A stretch of DNA of 63,497 nucleotides, the filler included, from Choristocarpus tenellus KU-1152 (lineage: Eukaryota; Protista; Phaeophyceae): the NCBI GenBank assembly GCA_964200185.2. It is 12 parts of 12 records of this genome, joined end to end, with 100 filler letters (N's around TTAATTAATTAA, not from the genome) between each part and the next. Parts side by side here need not be neighbours in the genome. Positions count along the whole stretch, not along the records: positions 1 to 7,628 come from CAXNAD020005848.1; positions 7,729 to 13,554 come from CAXNAD020009660.1; 10 more parts are not named here. One strand, written 5' to 3'. The notes beneath the pieces are model-generated. The model made no database searches and was not told the origin of the DNA. It saw only the letters and a list, made by a program, of their open reading frames with translations. Positions 1 to 10,900 of the stretch are shown in pieces (position 1 is the first letter of the stretch; the number at the start of each line of letters is the position of its first letter). The position numbers and the translations under genes were made by a program.

Positions 1-696
1 GTTAGGGTTAGGTGACTACTATTCTAATAGTTAGGGTTAGGTGACTACTATTCTACTACTAGTTGTAGTTAGGGTTAGGGTTAGGTGACTACTATTCTAC
101 TACTAGTTGTAGTCCTTAATAGTCACACGCACTCCACCAATGGTCAACTCGATCTTTGCATTTTCCATAGAGCCTGTTACCCTAACCCTGCACAAACTTC
201 ACCTGTACTGCAGTAGGGATAGGGTTAGGGAGTCAAGATAGTGCTACTCATACTAGGGTTCAAACCCACAACTTTCTCATGATACTGAGATATGTATCTT
301 TTCCACATAGGCTGTCATCATCATGAGAAGGATTTTTGCCAATGAAAATGACAATACCTCATGCATGCTAAACAAAAGGAAATAAATTTGAAATTTCTTA
401 AAATGAACATTTCATGCTCATATGAAACGTAATGTAACCAATCAACACTTCAAACAACAAAGAGGTTCACCCAATTCCACAATTCCATTACCTGCACTAA
501 CCCTAACTCTAACAGTGTGCACACAACATCCAATCCACAAAAAAAGAGGTATTTTGTTGAATAATCTGGAGCAACAACATAGAATCTCCTCTTCCTCTAG
601 AGCTGAATAGAGAAAATTCTCTTTGTAAGAAAAGAGCACAGCACAATAATAATAACAATAACAAAATAATTTTCAAAGAATATTTCCCGCACCACA

Positions 697-772
697 AGAC
701 CCCTTATGAGACCCCTTATGAGACCCCTTATGAGACCCCTTATGACCCCTTATGACCCCTTATGACCCCTTA
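697..772. repeat. (ga)gaccccttat 10-12-bp tandem repeat, ~7 copies
   Basis: Visible in sequence. Confidence 0.9.
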
Positions 773-1062
773 CCAACTAATCAACTGAGGAGCAACTTGT
801 AGTTCACCATCTGTAGTACCACCAGTGGTGCACACAAGGACCAAAAATGATAAACCAAAACATTTGGATCAGCAGTCAACAAACAGACTTTCATATGAAG
901 CTGCTATGACGCGGCAAGGTCATCCAATCCACACTCATCATGAAAAGGTAACATACTCATATGCAGTACACAGTAGTTTTAAGAAATGAATTCAATTAAT
1001 GAAATATCTACAGTTGATCATCAGATAATCTGCTACAAAGGGAGGTGCTCCTCTAACCCACT

Positions 1063-1205
1063 CACTATACCTTTCACTATACCTTTCATTATACCTTTTC
1101 ACTATACCTTTTCACTATACCTTTCATTATGCCTTTTCACTATACCTTTTCACTATACCTTTCACTATACGTTTTCACTACACCTTTCACTATACCTTTT
1201 CACTA
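1063..1205. repeat. 12-13-bp minisatellite (cactatacctttt) ~11 copies
   Basis: Visible tandem array right after the donor site at 1214. Confidence 0.9.
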
Positions 1206-1214
1206 CACACCTAC

Positions 1215-3341
1215 CTGCACGCGCAGCTCTGACACCAGACTAGCAGGCACAAAAGAGCTAGTGGGATTGATTTCACTTGGTAATGCCAACTCACGCTCCA
1301 CCAGAATCTGTTTACACAATCAAATAGTCACAAGGGGATCACAGATCAGAGCCGAGCTATTGTTGAGATGTTGGTAGGTGGGTGTGGCGCTGTTGTGGCA
1401 TAGATATTAGGGTTAGGGTTAACCCTAACCCTAAGTTGTGGCATAGATATTACAAGCACTCTATGTATGTTATGTGTTTGGGATTGGGGTATATCCCATA
1501 GGATATAGAGGAGGTTGGAGATAGGCGTAAACATTGATGTGAGAGTGAGAGCTAGGACAGGATAATATTCAGAATAATATTCAGAATAATATTCAGTCCA
1601 AGTATCATACATTGACTTAGAAGGGCAACAAAATGTCTGTTTGAGTCCCATGGTATTAATATATGCAGTTATAGTAATGTATTAATAGGCCTGAACAAGA
1701 CTTCAGTACTCAACAGTGGTGGAAACCTAACCCTTATCACACACGCCGAACATATTAGAGCAGTCCAATGCTAACCCTAACCCTAACCCTTGACTCAAAC
1801 TTAGGAGTGTGCCAGCAATCACCATCCACAGATAAGGGAGTGAAGGTGTAGCGTGTGGTTGATGAAAGCTCTAAACCTGACCATAAGTACAAAATTGGTG
1901 CAAACCTAAAAAGGAAGAAACGATATCCCTTTCTCAGGACCTAGGCAATTAGCACAATCAAAGGCAATGTCTTCCATACAGCCAGTCAGTACAAGCAGCC
2001 TATATGATGTACTGCAGTAAACTAACCCTAACCCTTACCTGCAACCTTGTAGCATGGTACTCCTGCTATACACACAGTGGTTGTACTTGTTTATATATTA
2101 AATCAATAGCCCTAGGGATAGTTCCTTGAAAACAAGGCATTGCAAAGAAGGACACAACTTTTTCACAATCCGGTCAACTCTCATGAAATTAAAGTTAGGG
2201 TTAGGGCACAAACAGGCCTATGAACCATGCAGAGATGTCTGTACCTATGGACAACAACCCACACCACATCTAAACCTTGGCTAAAATATAAAAATAGTCA
2301 AATACTGTGAACCCGTCAGCCTGTTGAATATTATCTAACAGGGATGTTTATGTTAAAGCAGTCTCATGAACATTCCACGCTAGTTCCAACAAGTACTGCA
2401 CATTCTCTTACTCTGATTGCTGATGCCACCTCTGAATGATCCCCTGCAATGACAGAGTCTGTGTTGAGCTTCTTGACAGGCTTAGCTAAGCAAACCACAG
2501 ACCTGAGATCGATCTTCAAATAGTATGCAAGGGCATAAAATGTCTGTGAGATATTACATAGCCCTTTAATCCTCTACCTCCAAAGATGTTCAAAAGATTG
2601 TTGAGCACTGCTACTTCATGTTTTCAAGGACTACATGGATCAAAAGGAAAACATGTCCAATGAAACAAACTTAAATTGCATGGTAGTAACCGAAATAATA
2701 ATAATAATAATAATAATTAATATTATAAACTGAAAGGCATGCTTGACCCACCGGAAAGGGGCTGTCATCAACCAAAATACCATCATGACCAAGCAGCTTC
2801 AAATCCACCAACTCAAATCAAAGTTAAATCAAAGTTCCCATGACTCTTGGCAAACTTCACATTACAAGTACTGTACTCTGTCAACACAAAGGACACCCTA
2901 ACCCTTGACTTCTTGATGACCATGCCCACAAGTGCTTAGATTCAAAACTACAGCTTAAAACTACTACCCCAAAAAACTACATCCAAACCCTAACCCTACC
3001 CTTACAATACAAAGTGACTGATGTCACTCACTCACTTCTAAAACTGCATAAGTTCGTCCTCCAGCCTCTCCATACATTCCTGCCTTGAGAGATGCTCCCT
3101 TCCCTCCTCGTCCATGTCCAATTGACAACCCCTGTGACCGCCCCCCCATTTTGCCACCCCCACTCCAAGAGCCACCCCAAAAGTCAGCGCCTCCCCCTCC
3201 ATCTCTCTTTTTGGAAAGCGCAGATGTTTTCTTTTGCTCTGCAAAAGGGTCAAAGGGTGTAGCTTCTGCCCCCAATCTTGTTTTACTCTGGCCCTGACAT
3301 GAAAGAGATGAAAGAAATGAGAGCAAACTTTCAAAAACAAC

Positions 3342-3410
<69 letters not shown>

Positions 3411-6304
3411 GAAAAGCAGCACCTCATGTAGTTGACAGTTGTTATGTGATACTGAATCAAACCATGGCAGGAGGCAGAAGAAAAAAAAGAAAAAGGAAGA
3501 CACAACCTATTTATTGATAGTGATTAACAACCTACGTATTGATAGTGATTAATAACCTATGTATTGATTGTGATTAACAATCTACGTATTGATTGTGATT
3601 AACAACCTATGTATTGATAGTGATTAATAACCTACGTATTGATAGTGATTAACAACCTATGTATTGATAGTGATTAATAATCTACGTATTGATAGTGATT
3701 AACAACCTATGTATTGATTGTGATCAACAATCTACGTATTGATTGTGATTAACAACCTATGTATTGATAGTGATTAATAACCTACATATTGATAGTGATT
3801 AACAACCTATGTATTGATTGTGATTAACAATCTACATATTGATTGTGATTAACAACCTATGTATTGATAGTGATTAATAACCTACGTATTGATAGTGATT
3901 AACAACCTATGTATTGATTGTGATTAACAATCTACATATTGATTGTGATTAACAACCTATGTATTGATTGTGATTAACAACCTACGTATTGATAGTGATT
4001 AACAACCTACGTATTGATTGTAATTATTGCTGTTGTTATTTATTTGTTAATCACAATGTGATGTGGTAATCTATAGCATTAGCATTAGCAATAGTAATCA
4101 ATAAGCTATCAATAATATGTTGACATATTTTGCACACTTGCATAGAGTAGCAATCACAAATGTTGTATTACATAGAGTATCAATCACACACTTAAACAAT
4201 CACAAATGTATTAAACAAACAAACAAAAAACAAAAAATTCACAGAGCTAGCAACCCTAACCCTAAGACTAGTCAGTGAACAAAAAAATAAAATTTCCCCA
4301 GAACATTTCCCCAGAACTTCAATAGAGCAAGCAGCCTTAACACTTGTTACATCACACAAGTGACGCCACAGTAAGGTGATCTACATGGAAGAGTCAGTAT
4401 TTACTAAGCATTATCTACTTCGAGATCTCTCTCTGTCCAACCTCATGTCCTTCCTCCTCATCCTTTCTTAGAGGGGGCACAAAACCCTTGTGGCAGAGGG
4501 CCAACACCAGCAGCTTGATTTCCTGCTGATTGTCTGCCCCCAGTTCTCCTTCAGTACTCAAACCCTGCAAAAAACAGTCAAGAGTAACAGTTCAAAAAGT
4601 AGATTCCATCAATAAGCGGATAGCTTTTATACCATCAGTATGCTCTGTCATAAAAGTTCAGTATCCTTTGGCAAGACATTACCAACCCTAACCCTAACCC
4701 TAACCCTAACCCTAAACAAGATACGTGTACGTCTTATCTACACATAGTAAGTAGCAAGAGGAACACAGGCCTATACAAAGGGCTACACAAAGTACTGTTA
4801 ACTATTATCACATCAGGTCTGTATTCTCATTACAAACGTGCAATAATATGATTACATCAGTACTGGTTGGGCATGACATAATGAGAGCAGCCTTAACAGA
4901 TGGGAATATAGCAAAAAACACAAGCAGAAATATAGAATATATAGTACATAATAATAAAAATAATTGTGACGATATGGCACCTAGAGGAGCATCACAGATA
5001 GACTACAGAGGATTTGTCAACATCTCAAGAAGGAAAAAAAGAATCAACCCTAACTCTAACCCTAACCCTAACCAACAACATGCCCACAACTCTTACGCTG
5101 GCCTTGCAAGCTGTTTGATACCTGAGCCTGTGCCCTGGCATCTCTTAGGAATGAATTGCCACTGCCAATTCCCAATCCCGACATCCCAGCACCCCCCCTC
5201 CCAGCAGCATAGTCGTCAGGACCCTGTCCGCATTGGTGTAACAGTTGTAGGCAGTTTGTAACAGTTGTAGGCAGTTTCTCAGATAAGTTACAGAGTGCTT
5301 CTATGTCTAACACAGATACATGGCATTTACACACACGCCTTATATCATCTGAAGATAGTGACATATTACAAAACCTAAGTAAGGTGTGTGAGAGACAAAT
5401 ATATATATATATATATATAATATAATAGAGATTCTACAGCATACAATAGGGTATTGGACAAATGTTAATAGTAACATACCAAGATCTCAAATGTACCTAT
5501 CACTGTACTAGTACTCTACTAGTACAGCAATGTTGAACAAAGAGTGTACGAGAGAGTAGGGGAGGAGGTTAGAAAGGTTAAATAGAAATGTTACATAGAA
5601 ATGTCAACCAGATGTGGCCAAGAGATTGCTGATAAGGGTTAGGGTTAGTGTGTTGGATCCCAATGAGGGCAAAAAAGGACAACTAAAAACTCTAATAACA
5701 TCATTTCTAATAACATGGTCTGCCAAAAAAAAAATGTAAGCAATAGGAAAACAACTGTAAGAAGGTATAAAACATAAAAAAACACCAATAACTATAATGG
5801 TCACGATCATCATAGGAGAAAAGACAGCAATCACAGTCATGGTAGCCATCTAAGTTAACAACAGAGGAAAACAAATGATATCATGACACAAGACTTGATC
5901 TATCTATAGGGTTAGGGTTATACAGACTCCAACAACACAGAAAGGGTGAGCAGAGTGACTGTAGACTATTGACTGTTGACATCAGTAAGGCATGACTCAC
6001 TGCACCTAAGTAATAGATCAAGGGGCTCTCTCTACCTTAATCCTCCCAAAGATACTTTGACCAATCAAGGCAACACACAGAAGCCAAAAGACACAACAAA
6101 AAATGAATCTACCGATCAATGCACACACTCAATAAACACAACGTGATGGAAATGGATGTGAGATGGGCAATGATGAATTACCAATGATTCATTAATCTCC
6201 AAGTATTTACCTTGAGCACAATTGCAGGGGCATTGACAAGTTTCTTGTCTGTGACAATGAGGCATCTCTTCTGACCTAGGGCTGCACGAGCCTGCTTTGA
6301 GGTC
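1215..6304 (-). CDS. Internal fragment of a Ski2/SKIV2L-like DExH RNA helicase (arch/insertion region); 6 exons: 6304-6211, 5223-5122, 4564-4442, 3293-3036, 2513-2412, 1307-1215
   Basis: GT-AG exons splice in frame (phase-0 chain) to TSKQARAALGQKRCLIVTDKKLVNAPAIVLK...EIKLLVLALCHK...RTYAVLEIDLRSVVCLAKPVKKLNTDSVIAG...ILVERELALPSEINPTSSFVPASLVSELRVQ. From memory this parallels SKIV2L [23 protein letters not shown]...TLVLCDK...VVKLQPGDMAAITTK...LDPVNDLQLK. The helicase core motifs are not in the window. Confidence 0.6.
1392..1452. repeat. Head-to-head telomeric palindrome (1407-1434) within an 18-bp direct repeat
   Basis: gttgtggcatagata-ttagggttagggtt|aaccctaaccctaa-gttgtggcatagatatta. Confidence 0.95.
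3345..3407. repeat. Compound (GT)n(GA)n microsatellite
   Basis: Visible; on the minus strand it lies just upstream of the 3293 acceptor. Confidence 0.95.
3503..4025. repeat. 25-bp minisatellite, ~21 copies (aacaacctatgtattgatagtgatt), intronic
   Basis: Directly visible contiguous 25-bp period with a few variant positions and no spacers. Confidence 0.95.
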
Positions 6305-6711
6305 CTGTGGTGAATTTCCCCACAGCAATAGTGATCGGGGGGAGGAAGGGGGGAGGAAGGGGGGGGTTAGGGTTAGGGATAGTTAGGGATAGTTAGGGTT
6401 AGGGTTAGGGATAGTTAGGGTTAGGGTTGTATGGTGGGTGATAGCGCTGTCTCTGTCTTCTACATAACAAAAATCTAACACTAACTCTAACCCTAACCCA
6501 CAAAAATCAATTACAAAAATATAAAAATATAATAATCCAACTCACGTAACTTGAAATAAAAAAATAGCACAAAAAAATAACATATGAGCTAACCCAAACC
6601 ATGCTGAACAGTCAAGATAGGTTACATGGCTGCATTGTCATACTTGGAAGATTTTGTCATAATCACAGAGGTAAAGGAGGTGGAAGTAAATCACCAAAAT
6701 GATGTAACACA

Positions 6712-6908
6712 ATACATATACTTAGGGTTAGGGTTAGGAGTACATACTTGGAGTACATACATATACTTAGGGTTAGGGTTAGGAGTACATACTTGGAGTA
6801 CATACATATACTTAGGGTTAGGATTAGGAGTACATACTTGGAGTACATACATGTACGACTTAGGGTTAGGGTTAGGAGTACATACTTGGAGTACATACAT
6901 GTACGACT
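6712..6908. repeat. ~45-48-bp tandem repeat x4, each unit containing (TTAGGG)2TTAGG
   Basis: Unit tacatatacttagggttagggttaggagtacatacttggagtaca. Confidence 0.95.
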
Positions 6909-7628
6909 ATTGGCTGAAGGAACGATCATGCCTTCCACCTCACTAGCTAGTACCCTGGGACAAAATTATATATTTTTACACTACTATCACACCAAGCATA
7001 AACTTAGTGTGCGGTTGTTACCAGCTAAGATGGTAGGGTTAGGGTTAGGGTTAAGATGGTTCTACAACTGGCTCTATGCAGTATGAACTGATGTGGTTTG
7101 TCTTGCATTGGGTTTGAGAAAACGAAATCCAGGGTGCTGGCTAATGTACTAGTGCATTGCTACACCTGGAAAAGGTGAGAGTAAAGCATTGGGTAGCACT
7201 ACATAACATCCCCACCAACACTCTTCAAACTAAAGCAATATTGCATTTTCATAATAGCATTGTACATAAAAATACTGTAGTAGGTTGCATCCTCAGTTGA
7301 TTTCTACTGTATCTTGTTACCTCAGTGAAAAATATAACTCAAGCACTGAACACAGCTTAAGAGTGTGTGAACAGGTTATAAGTGTTCTAAGATTCTAATT
7401 AAAGCAAAAAATAAAAAGAACGAGAAAAAACTAGTGTGCCCTAACCCTAACCCTAACCCTATTGAAACAAACCTATTGAACAGACAAGACAAACCTATTG
7501 AACAGGATTAACAGTAATCCCACTGATCTGTGAGCAACAACTGTACCTGGCATGTACATAAGCATATTCTACAGTTCACGGTAGGGGACATGGGTTCATG
7601 AAGTAGGTGGAAAGGGGTGGGGGGGGGT

Positions 7629-7728
7629 NNNNNNNNNNNNNNNNNNNNNNNNNNNNNNNNNNNNNNNNNNNNTTAATTAATTAANNNNNNNNNNNNNNNN
7701 NNNNNNNNNNNNNNNNNNNNNNNNNNNN
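7629..7728. other. Artificial contig linker N-TTAATTAATTAA-N; also at ~13555, 19939, 23263, 34935, 38783, 43277, 46409, 51871, 54771, 60800
   Basis: An identical ~100-nt N-padded 12-mer that provides stop codons in all six frames, repeated 11 times. Confidence 0.97.
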
Positions 7729-7963
7729 CAAATGGACAGCCGCCAGCCCCTCCCAGATACTTTGAGCCTAACCGCTAACTCCTATTATTGAAGGATGCAA
7801 ATATTCTACTGCTGTGAATTGGCCAGAGTATGCACATCTAAAGTTGACAAATGGTAGAAAGCAAAAGAAGGGGGGCAATGAAGTATTCTAAACTAGGCTT
7901 CAAGATTGCACGGAAGGAGCTAACTGCCAAAAGAGTGAGGACACTAGTGCAAACGATTCCGCT

Positions 7964-10900
7964 TTATCCATGGGGTAAAACAACTGCAGTTCTTTTCTCC
8001 TTCCCCTCCAACAGGCTATGTGCTTTGACTGTGACATACAAGTCAGCGGACTTCTCATCCGATTGTCCAGTGAATGAAGTGTTTATTCCTGCAATTTTTT
8101 CGTGCTTTTCATCTCTTGCCTCTCCCCTCCTGCCCAGCACCAAGTCGTAACTATCTTCAGTCCCCTTTTTTCTGTTATGGAAAGAACTTGCCCAAGTTGA
8201 CCTCAATGCCCTTACAGGCATCTGAGATTGCCCCTCCCTGACACGTCGCTGGATGATGAATATGACCACGATGAAAAAGGTCGAAACTAGACAATGCTGA
8301 GGGATGTGAATGAGAGGTTCGGAAAATAGCAAGGGTAAGGTATTGGTCGGGGTAGGAGCACATAGGTTGTTGGGAGTCATGGCAGATAGAATTTCAAAAG
8401 TTGCTATGAAATCGAGAGTAGAGGGTATTCAAGTGACTGACCTAAGATATAGACCAGTCCCCAAGGTTCAATGTGGCTCTATTTCGTTTACCAATTCATC
8501 AAGGATACCAATGTCTCCGCGTGGACTTATTCTCCCCAATTAATGTTCACCACATACTAATACGAGCTTCTATACTCTACTGTGGTAGTGCAGTGATTCC
8601 AACCGATTGTCTTGAAACAGACAACTATGCTTGACTTTTGCATTGCATGCACCACGTCCACTTACCTGGCCGAAGGTGACGAAAATGAGGGGAGTTTTTT
8701 GAGCAAACCCCGACCAGGTTGAACCCAAGGAGAATCCAAGGTAAATCCCAGAGATAACTGTAAGCCCAGTGGCCTTATTCCTGACTGTTCTCTGCATCAT
8801 TCTATCCCTTCGATCTAAACCTCTCCAATCCTGTTTGATGGGTAGTGGGTCGATGTGACATAGAGGTGAAGGAAGTAGCAACATACCACCTCATTGTCCA
8901 GACTCCTTGACTAGATGGGAAGTTCCTTGAAGAATTCAAAGGTGAGAAGAAAAAGTGAGCAACAGACTGAGGTCTTGGAGCAATCGCACAAAGTTCAAAT
9001 CTCAATGCATCCACAACACAATACAGGATCTTGTTGATAGAGAGGTAGGTGACATACTGAGAATACATTTGATACGGTTGTTGTTTGTGCCTGTTCAATC
9101 AATTTCAGACCTCTTTGCCGCCCTCCTTCCTGCCATCCCGAATCATGCGATTCAGTGAAATCCCAACAGAGGCAACATGTAAAACCTGAAGAGTTTCACA
9201 GTCAGAGAAATAAGTCGTTGGCTACTACGGAAAGAGTTGAGGATACCTCATGCTAAATGAACCAGAATCATGTTCTACCATTTGGTGAAATAAACAACAG
9301 TGTGGGGGATGTAAACGTAATTTTGTGGAGAGTTCAGGGAAACGTAGGTGCCCTCCTGACTAACAAAAGTGGTGGTCTGAAGGTGAAAAGTCTGCCCATT
9401 TCAAATGGAAAGATACCATTCTGGAGTGCAAAATGTGTGATATCGTCAGGTAAACTACTCTTGTCTTACCCACTCCCTTCTCACTTCCAATTCCTCTCAC
9501 CCTTCAAAAAACACCAGCCTCGCCTTCCGCAACCCTTCCAACGAGCAATACAACACTGATATGCAATGTTCCAAATCTGTACTTGAGTCAGAAACTGCAA
9601 GCTGTGATCTGCCACCAGTGATAAGACTATGACAACTAAAGGTTTGGGAAAATATAGCAGCACTTGAGCACTGGCAGTCTGTTGCTTCTCTTATGTTCAA
9701 CATTTGTCCTAAAATATGTTAAATCCATGGAAGTAGTAAGGGTTAATGTTTGATTGAGATTGGAGTCAAAGTAAAGTAGTGGTACTCAGAGTTTCATTTT
9801 AAGGATGCTGACAAATATGTGTAAATTCATATATTTTACAAATGCCCGGAGGAGGTTTTCTAAACTAAATCAAAATCTTTCAAACAACAGAGAAATTAAC
9901 ATTCTCGAGTCAAACTTAGCACTCCATCCATATAATAAAAAATATGGGTGAATTGCAAAAGATGACAAAAAATGCTTAAAGTGCAAAACGGCTAAAACCT
10001 GATTACCTCTTGTATACTTTGGCTAATCTGCTGTGATTGAAATACCTTGAGGTGTAAATTATATTGAGTTGACTCGTCAAAGTAAATGAGAGGTAATCCA
10101 GAGCTGCAATTTAAGGATGCTGACAAATATGTTCAAACTTCGACTCTTTTTCAAGAGTGTATAGGATATTTTCTGAATTGTGTCGGAAAGGTTTCAAAAA
10201 CAATAAAAAAATAACCCTAAGTGATCTCAAGTCAGACGTTAATCTTCATCTATAGAAATACGGGTGAATTGCAGATGATTGAAAAAACGACTAATAATGC
10301 AAATCGCCCAATACCTGGGTACCTCTCGTTTACTTTGACTCATTGCCAGTGCAGAATGGTGAATGCCACCCACACCACCTTTTTTACCATCCAATGTGTC
10401 AAAAAGAGCCAGCCTACATGAAGATGTCATGACTAGGTGCAGCTTTGGTTCGTAGAAAGCACAGCTCATACACAGAATACACCTCTGGAGAAATCACAGT
10501 GACTGACTGAGCCTTGTGAATCACATCACTGAAATCTACCAATACCATGAAACAGCACAGGGTGGAAGTTGCTGTGTGTCACATATTGTTCTATATATGC
10601 TTATGTATATGTTCCAAAACCTGAGTATTTAGCAGCAAATCTAAAACAAAAATAGACTTGAGGTACATCAAAGACAAATTACTAAAAGAATAAACTCAGA
10701 ATGAACGTTGTGGGGTCTCACACCACTGTCCAACATTTGTGGCATATGATAATGCAAAATTTGAAAAACCTCTTGTGGGGTATAGTGGATCTAGATTATA
10801 GTAGTAGTTGTTGAAGTAGGAGACGAATTGTAACATACACGACTCCTATGTGATGTTCGTGTCTGTCTAGTGATGGGATTAAGTCAAACCAAATAAAGGT

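Noticed and set aside
3503-4025. CRISPR-like array
   Set aside because: The units are contiguous with no unique spacers, the context is a eukaryotic intron, and there are no cas genes. It is a minisatellite.
6626-7086. Repeat-protein ORFs (GLGLG / PNPNP / VRVRV)
   Set aside because: These are translation by-products of TTAGGG-containing tandem repeats.
7673-7684. Recurrent TTAATTAATTAA motif as a biological site
   Set aside because: It is always centred in fixed-length N runs, so it is an artificial six-frame-stop linker.
9500-9678. Hydrophobic ORF as another 7TM exon
   Set aside because: It ends in a phase incompatible with the next exon and would split helix 5.
10323-10413. Apparent extra exon of the 7TM gene (LALFDTLDGKKGG...)
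   Set aside because: Its 3' part is the MITE terminus and its phase does not fit. Exon 4 joins 9185 directly and completes helix 5.
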